From positions 744,439 through 808,438 of the forward strand of contig MNCI01002485.1 of NCBI GenBank assembly GCA_015680685.1: a DNA stretch of 64,000 nt, in the 5' to 3' direction. The number at the start of each line of letters is the position of its first letter. Position 1 is the stretch's first letter. This DNA comes from Gnetum montanum (Eukaryota; Plantae; Gnetophyta). A program made the position numbers and the translations under genes. Shown piece after piece: positions 24,844 through 38,090 of this stretch. Below the pieces are notes generated by a model. The model worked only from the letters and a program-made list of their open reading frames with translations. It was not told the DNA's origin and did not search any database.

Positions 24844-25651
24844 TGATGAGTAGTGGATATTTCCTATGCCCAACCATACAAATCACAAGTATGTAGACAT
24901 GATCCCATCAAATTTGGTGGACACCTTCTACCTAAATGGCCTATGTCCTATATAGTAAAACATGTGATTACTAGTCATTGTCTTCGCAATCATCACTTGT
25001 GTTAACTTTATCCATATGTTTAAGTGTGATTGAGATGTAAGGTATATATATATATATATATATATATTTATTATTTTTATATTTAAAAAAATATTAAGGA
25101 AGAAATGATTGAAATGTTTAACTTTACTAATAAATAATTGAACTATCATAACGTGGAGCATCTATTTTCACTTTTCGTACATATCTTGAATGTATACTAA
25201 CACTACTAGGTTACCAAGGGTTTACTACTGTGTGTCCTAAGTATTCATTGCTAGGATTATCATGTGTTATTATATTATGATTAAAGTGGTCATACTCATG
25301 TTACTTATGAATTAGGATTCTAATCACTTTAGTACAAAAAAGTAAATTGCATATAAAGTAAAATGCTTGAAAATAAACTTAAACTAATCCAAGTGCTAAA
25401 CTAGAGAGAAGAAATCTTGATTTTATTTCCATTCATGCAACTGTGTCCAAGTACATATTACACTCAAATAAAATTATGTACAATTAATTCAATCCATACT
25501 ACAAGAACTCAGAGGGAAATTTCATTAAGTTCTATAAAAGTAAATTGCAAGAGTTTGGCTAAGGGATTAGCCAACAGTGCCATAAATGCAACTTGTGTAC
25601 AAACTTATATAGGCTTAGGAAGAATCAGCATTGATGCACATACACCAATGC
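24844..25651 (-). mobile_element. Older LTR of the same TGATGAG family, truncated
   Basis: Begins tgatgagt..caaccatac like the 17849 LTR. Contains ggttaccaag motifs, an (AT)n run at ~25043-25066 and TATA-like cttatatagg at ~25604. No PBS precedes it, so it is a 3' or solo LTR. Confidence 0.7.
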
Positions 25652-26247
25652 TATAAAGATTGATAATTGAGAGACAAAGAAATCACAATTCAAATTGGTA
25701 ACCATCAATCCATATTGGTTTTTTCAATATAAATCAATCTAGCTAATTTTTCCAAAATTAAGATGTAAGCCCTTTTAGTATAAAAGTGGACACCTCACTC
25801 AAGGGGGAAGATATTCAATGCCAATGAGATCCAACGTCAATCTGAAGTCATTTCCTTAATTCTTGTGGCAACTACACACCATTGGAATCCATTGGTGGGT
25901 TGTTGAGGTTGTTGGACCATGAAATAGCAAGGCAGAATCATAGATTGGTTGATGTTTTCCTTGTGATCTTCATATATTATAATTTATGATTAATGGCTTA
26001 AAAGTTAATTTAATCATTAAATTCCATTCTTGAACTTAAGTTAGAAGCTAGAATGAAAATTTTTTATTTAGCTTATGAGTGATAGTCATAAACATGGGAT
26101 TTGATTGGATTTGAATTATTTGTTATCTTGATGATTTCTTTGACATTCAACCATTCCTCCATGGATATGACTTGTAAGTTAGTCACACAAGAGGTGACAT
26201 TCCTACAATGAAAGTAATCTAGCCTTAGAATTTTGGCTCTTTTTTCA
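25652..26247 (+). repeat. 5' LTR, first ~360 bp missing
   Basis: Aligns by eye to 36594-37272; ends in CA before the PBS. Confidence 0.8.
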
Positions 26248-26759
26248 ATTTGGTGTCATTGCTGAGGAGGTCGACAAAGTCAATCTTCATCAAGGGTTTG
26301 GTATGTTTCCAAGATTTCATTTTAGTTTAGAGTTAAATCTTCAACAAAAGGTACATACTCTTTCTTTCATATCCTTTATTTTTGTAATTTTATAAATGGT
26401 TTTCTTTAATTTTTTTTCATGCAAAAAGAAAAATAGAGAACTTAAAGTTAAGTAAAAAGTCTAAGAAAAGTCACAAGAGTTAGTTCCTTTAATTTGTAAA
26501 ACTAAAGAAAGCTTGTAAAGACTACAATTAAAGATATAATTACAGTAGCAATAAAAATAATTTGCAAGTTTCTAGGGCTAATTGCTTATGAATGTGCTAA
26601 AGAAGATTACACTTGTTAATTTTAATGACATCTAAAAGGCAATATAAAAAGCCAACTCAAATTCAACCATCTAGAAATACTAAAAGTTACTACAAATGTA
26701 TTAGAACTAATTTCAAGCAACTTAAATAAAAACAAGAACAAGAATAGTCTAGTTTTAAA

Positions 26760-29700
26760 GAGAATGAATTAAAACCATAAACTTATATCAGTATTCCATT
26801 AATTTCTAAAACTTCAACTAATAATGAAGAAGAAAGCCCAACTAAAATTTTTGAACAAGGTGAACCAACAAAACAATTTTCTATTTCAATAGCATTTAAT
26901 CCACTTTTTGATACCTTGAATGTGCAATGTAGACAACAAGCCTAGTTACAATTTTGGTTTTCCAAAATTCTAAATTTAGTTAAATATTAAGTAATATATC
27001 CACTATGGAAGGAACTACTTAGCCAATAAGTACATTAAACTTTTAAACTTCTCTCACCTTGATAGCTACCTTGGTTTCTACACCAAATCCCATTATGAAT
27101 CCAACCTTGGGTACTTCTTCTTTTACAATTGGATCTCCTTTGTATCATACATCACCTCTAATCTCAAAAAGTTCAATTACTCTTTCAAGGATAGACTTTA
27201 GGAGATTTATTAAATCAAAGAACACCAACAATTCCCCAAGGACCATTAGTTTTTTCATGAGGAAGAAATGTTGAAGTAAAGAACTCTCATTTACTACTTG
27301 TTTTTAGGGAAACTAATTAAGAATATTCTATAACCCATGTTAGAGAATTTGAAACCATGATAGCTATGTTACCACCTCAAGGAAAGGATAGAACAAATAT
27401 GATAGCTTTCAAATCTACCTTAAAATATAAAGCTGATTTTTTACTCCAAATCTTGCAAACTTAGATAGGCTCATGGGATGAATTTAAGGCAACATTTATT
27501 CAACACTTTTTTCTAACAATAGGCTATATACCTTTTGGAAATAACGTATGATCTTTACATAGAAAGAAGAGGAGGATTACTAAAGTACCTTGGATAGATG
27601 TAAGAGTCTATGTCTTAAAAATCCAAATCATGGATTTCTAGTTCACCAATTAATTCAAATATTTATTGAAGGGTTTTTACCATATTAAAGGAAAAATGTA
27701 AACTTTCCTATGGAGGAAACATTTTAAATGTGACACTGGAAGAGGGTTGAAGAATTATCAACTCTTTAGTAGATCAATGAAAACGTTGGTCAAAAGCAGA
27801 CATCATGCAAGTTGTACCCCATCAAACTAAGTAATTAAATAGAAAGGTTGATGAATTAAATAGATTAATTAAGAAAAATCTCATTTTAATCTAGAGAAAG
27901 TCTATAGTTTATGTGGAAATAAGCAGCATGACACCACAACTTATTCAACTCTAGTCTACTGTAATGAAAAAATTCAAGAATTGATAAGAGCTTTTCAAAA
28001 AATAAGAAACAAAACTCATTCACCATTCTAACAAAGGCCATTTTATCAACCATCAGTACCAATTTCTCAAAATAGTTATAAACCATTTAGAAATCTTATT
28101 AATGAGTGGTTGGATTGCTTAACTCAAATTTTAATGGCTTTCATAGAGGAGAATAGACAATTTGTAGTTGAAACTAGAAAAAGGTTTCAAGGCTTAACTA
28201 AAAGTAACTTACCTTCTTAGCTTGAAATAAATAACACAAATCAAAGAAAAGGTAAGGAACAATTACATTCTATTACTACAATAAGTGGGAAGATTATAGA
28301 ATCGAAGCATATGAAGAAGGTTAACTTTAAGAATAGAGTTGAAGAGGTACATAAGGAGGATCAAGCACATGAAAAAAATCTATTAGATAAGAAGGAGGTA
28401 AGGAACCAATGAAGGAAGGGTTAGGAGAATCCTTAAATAGGAAAATAATTTCACCACCATTTCATAAAAGGTTGCAAGATGATTTTTCCACTAAGGAACA
28501 TATTGAAATTCTTTTTAGAGAATTATATTTACATATTTCACTTGAACAGGTTGTAAAGGATACATCATTTTATGCCAAATATTTGAGGAAATTATGTACA
28601 AAAATAAGAAAGGAAAAGATCCCTAGGAAAGTACACTTAGTTGATAACTTATCTCAACTTATACAAGGTTATGAAATTCTAAAATACTAAGATCTAGGAG
28701 TCTTGACTATTTGCATAAGAATTAATGGAAAGAATATCAACAATGCCCTACTAGATTTAGATGCTAGCATTAATATCATGCCATGTGTAATGGCTGAGAT
28801 GCTAGACTTATCAAATATTAGGATAGTGAATATGTCAATTTCTTTAGCTGATGGCTCAACCATTAAACTTGTAGAAGTAGTGAAGCATTTATGAGTAGAA
28901 GTAGAAAAAGAAAAATATCCAATGGATTTTGTTGTATTAGAAGTAAAGAACCCATATTATTTTCCAATTATTCTAAGAAGACCTTTGTTGGCAATAGCTA
29001 ATGCTATAATTAAATGTAGATTAGGGAAACTTTAATTAACCTTTAATAATATTACCTTTACACTTAATATATTTGATAAAGCAAAGGAGTATAAAATAAA
29101 TCAATATATTAAAGAAGCTAGGATGCTTTATACAATACTAACATCTAGCATGCCTGAAGATAGGGAAATATTTTTTCTTTATAAATTTGATAAGGGATCC
29201 TTAGATCCTTACACTATTGAATAATAGAAACTCTTAGATCAAATTTTGTACTTGGGATTATGAATTGTTGGAAATACTATTAAACCACCAATTAGCAACT
29301 CTTTAGAACTTTGGAAACTACCCAACACTCTCAAGTGTATTTTCCTTGATGAAAATAAAATATTAATAATAAACTCCCAATAGTCCAGTGATAAAGAAAT
29401 TAAATTAATTAAGATTTTAAAAAGGAAATCCAAGGCCTTTGCATGTAGTTATGATGATCTTCACTAGGTAATTTCACTGAACATATGTCAACATCATGTT
29501 TATTTGGAAAACAATGTTAAATTGGATACAATTCCTCCTAGATGAATCAATCCATCATTGAAGCAAATTATTAAGGATAAAATTTCCAAACTATGGAAGG
29601 AAAGAATTATTTATCTAATAGCTAATATCAAATGGATGAGTTCCATCATAATGGTTCCTAAAAAGAAAGGTAAATGATAAGTCTACATAGATTATAGGAA

Positions 29701-32068
29701 ACTTAGTCAAAATACTAAAAAGGATCATTTTTCTTTACCTTATATAGACCAAATTTTGAAAAGGTTAGAAGGGCATGAGTATCAATGTTTTCTAGATGAG
29801 TTTAGTGGTTACAACCAAGTGGCTATTACACTAGAAGATTAGCATATAATAAATTTCACTCACCCATATAGTTCCTTCACCTAGAGAAGAATGTCTTTGA
29901 CCTTTGTAATGCACTCACTACCTTCCAAAGGATAATGATATTAGTCTTTTTCGATATGGTAGAGAAATATGAAGAGGTATTTATGAATGGTTTCTCATTG
30001 TATGGAGATACTTATAAAAAAATGTTAGATTGATTAGAATATGTCTTGAATAGATGTATAGAGAAAAATTCAAAATTAAGTTAGGAAAAGAGTCATTTAA
30101 TGGTAACAATCAGTGTAGTTTTAGGACATTTAATCTCTTAAGAAGGAATTAAAATGGATAATGAAAAAGTAAAGGTAATCTCTACACTTCCAGCCCCAAC
30201 CAATTTAAGAACACTTCAATCCTTTTTAGGTTATTATGGATATGATAGATAGTTCATCAAAGACTTTTCAAAAATTGGTAAATGGCTTTATAAGCTTTTA
30301 GAGAAAGTTGTTTTCTTCATATGGACTAAATATTCTCAAAAACAATTTTTTGAGCTTATGAAAAAATTAACTACTACTCTAGTGATTAATTCATCTAAAT
30401 AGGACTTCCTATTTAACTTAATGCATGAAATGAGTGACATAGCTATTGGAGCAATTTTGGGTCAATACATAGAGAATAAACCTAATATGATTTACTATGT
30501 TTTCAAAAGTCTAGATTAGGCCCAAGTAAATTACAAAACTATAAAAAAAGAGCTTTTAGCAATAGTTTATGCTCTCGATATGTTTAGAAATTATTTATTA
30601 GGATATAAAACCAAGGTATACATTGACCATTTAGACATAAATTTCCTAGCTAGTAAAAAGATAGAGAATACTATAATTATGAGGTGATGTCTTCCACTCC
30701 AAGAATTTGATCTTGGTATTCTAGATAAAAGAAATAGAGAAAATGTTATGGTAGATAACCTTTCTAGACTATAAATTCTAGAGAAAAATAGGAAAAGAGT
30801 GTTGTTTAGTGTTAAATTCCTTGATGAACAAGTCTTTTTAGTAAAAAATAACCCTTAGTTCATTGACATAACAAATTACTAAGGCATAAAGAAAATACCA
30901 AATTAATGGAATCAAGAAGAAAAGAAGTCTTTCTTAAGAAGTATCTTGAGATATGTTTGGAGTGAATCATATCTATATCAAATATGTAACAACAAAGTGG
31001 AAAGAAGATGTATCGCAAAAGAGGAACAACTAGAAATCCTATATATGTGTCATGATAACCTTGAAGGTGGACACTTTGATAGTTGTAGAATAGCTATAAA
31101 GGTCTTAAAAAGTCAGATCTATTACTATATATGTCCAGGGATGCGACATGTGTCAACTCTTAGGGGCAATGAAAAGAGGACAAGAAACACCACTTAATCC
31201 CATCTTAATAACAGATACTTCCAGTATAGAATTTTTAGGACCATTTCCACCTTATAATGGATGCCAGTATATTTTAGTATGTATAGATTATGTTACTAAA
31301 TGGGTAGAGGCTAAAGCTACTCTAACAAATGATGTTAAGGTAGTTGGAGCTTTTCTAAGAGAGCACATTTTAACACAATTTGGAACCCCATGAGTGATTA
31401 TTTGTAATCAAGGAATCCATTTTGTAAATAAGATAATGAAGAAATTCCTTAAGTCTTGTGCAATCCAACATAAGATAGCCACTACCTATCATCTCCAAAC
31501 AAATGGTCAAGTTGAAAATGCCAATAGAATCATTTTAAAAATCTTAACTAAAATTATTTTTGCTATAAAGAAAGATTGGTGTAGAAAATTACAAGACGTA
31601 CTTTGGGCATATAGAACTACTTAAAAACTAAACTTATGATATTTACCTTATCAATTAATTTATGGTAAACAATTTTTATTACCCATTGAAATAAAATTCC
31701 AATCTCTAAGATGGGCACATCAACTAAGTTTTAATGATGAAATAAATAAATACTTTAGAATGATTCGATTACATGAACTTGAGGAGGTACGTATGCATGC
31801 ACTTGATAAAGAGAAAGTAATTAAGAAACAAATGAAGTGTATGCATGATAAAAACATAGTAAAGAAGCACTTTTTAGAAGGAGATAAAGTCTTATTATAT
31901 AACATGAGATTACATAAGTTCCTAGGAAAACTAACAACTTGGTGGAAAGGCCCATACTTAGTATTACAACCCCATAGCAATGGCAACGTCCTAGTTACAT
32001 CCATAGAAGATCTATCAAACTCACTCCTAGTGAATGGCCAAAGAATTAAGCATTATCATCAACATTAA
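26760..32068 (+). pseudogene. pol: gag-pol pseudogene (Athila clade)
   Basis: Protease NALLDLDASINIMP (~28740). RT VPKKKGK..YIDYGK and KDHFSLPYIDQIL..FLDEFSGYNQV (29650-29825). RNH KELLAIVYALDMFRNYL (~30548). INT HDNLEGGHF, FLGPFPP..CIDYVTKWVEA, YHLQTNGQVE, WWKGPY. Confidence 0.92.
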
Positions 32069-34024
32069 ATAGAAGGACCTTAGGAGGATAAGTTAGTAAA
32101 ATTAAGTGATCCTAATTATCCTATAGAGAAAAAGAAAGGTGAGAATGATCAAATCAAAGTTAAAATGATAGGAAGTAATTATAAGCAAGTACCCTATTCC
32201 ATAATGTAAAAATAATTAAAGGATAACCAATAGTCTACAAATTTTATGTTGAAAAATGTAAAGGGCAATAAGAAATCCTGCTATTAGTTGGGACTATAAA
32301 GAATTTAGTAGCATCATGTTTGGAATGCAAGGGAGAAAACTCCCCCTACCTTGAGATTGATAGGTTTAAATCCAAAATCCATCTAAGGGTGAGCCTTAGA
32401 ATAATAAACAAGTAGCTCACACTCAATTATCATAATAAACTCTACTATTCTTTCAAGCCAACCTTCCTTATGTCTGAATTTCCACAAGTTAGGAATAAAA
32501 TAACTAAGTTTAGGCCAATGTTTACAAGTGTATGATTATATGAGTTACCTACTTGGATAGTAAAAAAGGTGGAAATTATATGTTATATTGGCTCTAGCAT
32601 CTAATACAAAACAAGATCAATGCCATTTGAGCAATCCATTCAATTGAAAAAATGAAAAATAAAAATGGCTACCAGAACAACCTCATGATTAAAGTAGATT
32701 GGGTTGAGGAAAAATGATAAAAAAAGAGGGGCTCATAAGAACCTTCAACAATGAGCAAAGCCATACTACCACAAGAACCTTATAGTTGGGGTGTTGCTAA
32801 ATGCTCACATTTCTAAGCATCCCATAGGAATTCCCTTCTATGACCTAAGTGATTATGGGTTGTGAAATTGTTACTAATACTAACTTTAAATGCCACTACT
32901 TTGGATAGATAGGATATAACATTGTTAAGAAAAGGATTGACTCATCTAAGTAGGTCCTCCAATGAACCACTTCACTTATAAATATTTTCCTTACTTGATT
33001 TATTTCATCTCTTCACTTATGTGATGTCATACTAGATGAAATGTTGATCCTTGTTTTTCTTTTATGAACATTTTTCACTTATATTTTACTTCCTAACCTT
33101 TGACTATACTCCTTCATTATTATCTTGGGCTGCCAAGTATACTATTCACAGATAATTAAAACTCTTTGATACTTCAATCATTTCCCAGCATGTCTTCCAT
33201 AGGAGTTAGTGCTCAAGATCCCTAGTATGGTTGAGCACTATAACACTATCCATTGGAAGATTAAAGTTTAGCTATGAATTATGTATAGTGGAGAATATAT
33301 AAAATCCATGACACTTTTGCTTTTGGTCTATTATCTTGGCTAGACTACATGATAATACCAAATAATAATAATTACTCTAATTAACCTAGGCTAAGGACAT
33401 ATCCTAGATTAATTAGAGGGGTAAGATCAACTTTATACCATAGATAACATATAATATAGAAAGCTACAACCAACATGGAAGCTAATCTAAGATCAAGTTA
33501 GGGAATGATTTTGTTGAAAGAAATGCATCTCAAATCCTTAAAACATAGGAAAAGTAGAAACCTTGAGATTGTAAGTCATCTTTCCAACAAATGAAGTAAA
33601 CTTGGTGAGGAGAAGTTTTTGTCCAAATAATCCTAGGTGAACCTTCCTAACTAAGTTATATGTGAATTATTATCCCATAAACTAATACCTAATGGTAGAG
33701 AATAGAAGAAGGATGTAATATTGTATTAATAGTCCTTTTCAATAGAATTATTCTTTTTATTCCTTAGCCTATATCAATATTTATTGCAAAGGACAAATAC
33801 CCTTGATAGGATAGTTTACTCTTTCAAGAGATATCAAAAAGATCAATGTTTATAAAAAAACAAGAAATTTGAAAACCCTTAGGATTTCAACATATCAATA
33901 TGCATCAACATCTTGATGTCTTGAGACATTAGTTATCAACATATATTGATTTTGTGATAAAAATTGATACAAAAAGAATTTACTTTTAGTTTCTAAATTA
34001 TGATATCAATTTAATCAATAAGGA

Positions 34025-34253
34025 TTGATATTTAATTATACAATGATATCAAACCATATCGAGTGTATTGATCAAGTTTGATAGTGGAAACTTTTTCTCA
34101 AAACCCTCGCATTTGAACAACACAACTGTAATGAACTTTGATATTTAATTATATAATGATATCGATCCACATCAAGTGTATCTATCAAGTTTGATATAGG
34201 AAATTTTTTTTTCAAGAGCCTCACATCTAAACATCATGACTGTGATGAAGTTC
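34025..34253. repeat. Tandem duplication with 113-bp period, inside a GATATC/ATCGAT-rich tract
   Basis: ttgatatttaattata(c/t)aatgatatc.. occurs at 34025 and 34138. Confidence 0.85.
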
Positions 34254-34697
34254 ATTATGTTGAATTCTTATATATAGAACTAATTGATCTTTGTTGTGAT
34301 CACTATGTAGTTCAACCCCTTAGTTTTCAAAATTTATCGATATCTTGATAAAGATTGATATGATAAAAAAATGAAAACAAAAATAACCTAATTAAAAGGT
34401 AGTGGCTCAAAAATAAAAAGCAACCACCCTATGGGATAAACCTTACCCCTACAAACTTTGTGCATAGCACTAGGGCTCATTTGATCACTTCTTTCTTCTT
34501 TCTTGTGATTCCACCATGCCATGTCCAAGCTCCAACTAGGTAGGGGTCACAATTAGGGACCACATCCATGTAAGCATGACCTATTCCAAATGCCAAGTAA
34601 GACTCACCTTGTTTAGTTAGGAAACCTTATCATTTATAAATTAAGGATGATTCTTATTTTTCCCTTTCAATATTTTTTTGTAGAGCTAGGATAACAA

Positions 34698-35765
34698 ATG
34701 GCAGGGTCCTCAACCACTAAGCAACAAAAAAATGTAAGTATGAGAATTGTCAAATAAATTGATGATAGTTTCTTCAAGTTCAATTTTCACATCATTTTGC
34801 AGGTGCCTGAGAAAAAGACTTAAGATCATCCCATACCATGTTGAAGTGAACTACACAAAGTGGTATGACCATACTTATGTAGTCATCCATCATCAAATAG
34901 AAGCAATGGGTCATGTGGCATTCATTAGATTCCCTATTAATTGGTTTTACTAGAAGGAGACTGGAATTTTATAGAAATATGAAGCCCCATATCATCAAGG
35001 CAAATCATCTAGAACAATATGTATGAAGCCCCATCTCATCCTTAATGAAGAAAACTAGGATCAAAATCATTGCAGCTTGGCTTCAAGAGTGGTTTAGGCT
35101 ACCTACTAGCAATATGATTCTAACAAGATTTAAATGTAAGAAGGTCATTTCATGAGTATGTATCTAGAGCACTACATGATGGCAAGAATGATCATCACTA
35201 ATGTCTTATCATTGACAAACACCACTTATGTGCTCAGGCCATCTCTTTAGGTTATGAAGGCCTTGAAATTTGATGAGGAGGCCAACTTTGCATACCTACA
35301 AATTAGGTACATTGTATACCATTATAATTATGTTTCACTTAAATTATGTTTTTATTTTAAGGTTTCAACCATCTTGCAGAAGCTTGGTTTTTCAAAGTGC
35401 CAAACTAGTACGAAGGTTAACCTCACTATCTTGAAGAAGGATACATTTATGAGGTTCCTCAAAATCTACATCAAGCTTGATCCTTTCATCAAGGAATCTA
35501 CAAACTTGGCTTCATGTTGGCATCCCAGATTAATGAGATGTGGGAACTTAGGGAAGAAATGAGGATAGAGCTATAGGAGATGAGGTTTACCTAATGAAAA
35601 ATCTTGACTACTTTGGAGAAGGTCAATTCTACCCTTACAACACTAGACAAAAGGGTCACTAACATTATGCGAAATGTGCATTCGTAGATCTAGATGATGA
35701 TTGGGGGGTTAAAGCCTCACATTTTAAGAAAGAAATGAAAGTGGAAGGAGGATCTAAGGTTTGAT
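34698..35765 (+). pseudogene. Athila extra ('env-like') ORF remnant
   Basis: Lies between integrase and PPT. MAGSST start; GHVAFIRFPINWFY..EFYRNM resembles the xEFYxN motif of Athila extra ORFs. Many stops. Confidence 0.55.
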
Positions 35766-36235
35766 CCTTATGTGTTGTTTGCTTATTTTTGGAACCAAAG
35801 AAACGATATTGTTATTAATAATTTGAACTTGGACATGTTTTAATTTTTGTTTATATTGTGTATATAATCCTTTTGGGTGAAGAACTAAGATTTTGTGGCT
35901 TAGAAAATACAAAATTTCTATAATTACACTACTGAATCTTTACTATTTTTTTCCATTATAACTACTACTTTAGTAATGAATGAAATGTTTAGTTCCAGTT
36001 GAAGCACTATTAGAGATGAAATTGAATGATAAATTGTGATTTCATAGTATCATTATCATGTTAGGATTGGTAGTAGTTAAATTATTAAGATGATTGCATG
36101 GGTCATAAAATTTGATATCAATGTTGTGAGTAAATTTTAAAGTTAACCAATATATATATCTATTTCCTATTTAAGGAAAAATAATATCTTCCACCTTTGT
36201 TGGTCAGGCACTAACCAAAGTCTAGTGGGGGGTTA

Positions 36236-37272
36236 TGATGAACCTCCAATCACCTTTAGTTTTGAGTAAAATTTTCTTACACTTTTTTTGTTTTCTAAAC
36301 ATATCAAATTACTTCAAATTATTTAATTATACGTAATATATACTGATGATCTTTTTGAATTCTATGTATCACAAGATATCATGGAAGTGATGAGACTTGA
36401 TAACATATTGATCCACATAGATTACTTTGATGTATTTTGAGGATGAAGATATCAATTAATATTTTCATAATTGATTTGCATTGATCCAAATCATATTGAT
36501 TTATACAATGATTGTAACATGTATCAATAACATTAAAACCAAAGGAAATCTAGAACTCTATATAAAAAGAAGATAACAATTCAGGTTGTGGATACTATGA
36601 AGATTAATAATTGAGTGACAAAGCAATCACGATTCAAATTGATAAGCATCAATCCATATCTATTTTTGTAATATAAATGGGCCTAGATAATTTCTCCAAA
36701 ATTAAGATGTAATCCCTTCCAACATATAAAGGAAGGAAGGGGGGGTGGGGGGGTGGATGGGGGGTGGAAGGTGGGGCGTGCACCTCACTCAAAGAGGAAG
36801 AGATTAAATACCTAGGAGAACCTACATCAATTTGAAGTCATTTACTTAATTCTTCATAGAATTGTTAAAAGAAGATTAGTTGAGCCTTGTGGCAACTATA
36901 GATTATTGGAATTCATTGGTGGGCTATTAAAGCTACTACACCATGAAACAGCAAGGTAGAGTCATAGATTGGGTGATGTTTCCCTTGTGATCCTCATAAA
37001 TTTTGATTTGTACTTCATGGCTTCAAAGTTGATTTAATCATTAAATTTCCATTCTTGAACTTAAGTTACAAGTTAGGATGAAAATTTATGATTAAGCTTA
37101 TGAGTGACAGTCATAAGCATGGGATTTGATTATATTTGAATTATTTATTTTCTTGATGATATATTTGACTTTCAACTATTCCTTCATGAATATAAATCAT
37201 GGGTTAGACATAGATGAAGTGATATTCCTACAAAAAAAGTAATCCAACCTAAAACTTTTGGCTAGCTCATTA
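36236..37272 (+). repeat. 3' LTR (~1040 bp)
   Basis: TGATG start after the PPT; ends ctcatta; homologous to 25652-26247. Confidence 0.8.
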
Positions 37273-38090
37273 GCCACTTTAAACTAATGTTTATCTTTTT
37301 TGTAAAGCTTAGACTTTGCATCATATAGGAGCTAAGAACTAGCTATCTTCCTCACTAACTATAATTTAGGCCTCTATACTATCAACATTGCCAAGTTTCC
37401 ATATCAGAGGTTGGCAAGATCCATGTACTCTGTCATCTCCTTGATCTATAAATTCTTTAAGTAGATCTCTGCTTGGTTGTATGAGTTGAAACCATCAAAG
37501 ATGAACTATCATACATCACCTTTTGTTAATTTATTTAGCCATCTCAACCTAGTTCTTGTAATGATTCTTAACTCATTTATACTTTAAAGGCTCATTCTTC
37601 TAGGAGGAAACCTCAATTGTGATCTTTTGGCAAAAGGCACAAACCTCCTCCATTAAGACATTTCTATTTTCTATAGCCAACCTCAACTCAAGGTTTATCT
37701 TAGCAAGTTGTTTCTATTGCTAGCAAATGTATTCCGCCATCTAGTCCTTTTGTTGCTCAACATTCTATAGGTAATGATTGTCTTATATTAGCACTAGATT
37801 TTTTTTTTTTTACAAATTTCTTTCAAGTCATAGTTGGAGGAATTCATTGTTACCTTAAATAGTAACATATCAAAAATTACCATATCTTTTTTCATTTTTT
37901 GCCTCTTAGCATCTTTGCTAAAGCTTCTGAAAAGCATCATCTCTAGTGAGCTCTAGCCTAAGAATGATAGGGTTTGACAAATGGGCTCTAAGTTTGGCAA
38001 CTTTGGTGGCCAATCATCAATTAATAATAGTGGCCACTTCAAGTTGCATATTCATAATCAATAGATTGCTCCTTATGATGGAGCATTAGT

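Larger units (their letters stand above)
25652..37272 (+). mobile_element. Ancient autonomous-type Athila element: partial 5' LTR, PBS, gag, PR, RT, RNH, INT, env-like ORF, PPT, 3' LTR
   Basis: 25652-26247 is homologous to 36594-37272. PBS tggtgtcattgctgagga at 26251-26268. PPT agtgggggg at ~36224-36232, followed by TGATG at 36236. Domains are in Gypsy order. Confidence 0.88.

Noticed and set aside
37273-38090. Possible RT or Copia gag fragment (FIFDGFNSYNQ on the minus strand)
   Set aside because: An isolated resemblance with no flanking RT or gag motifs; left unassigned.
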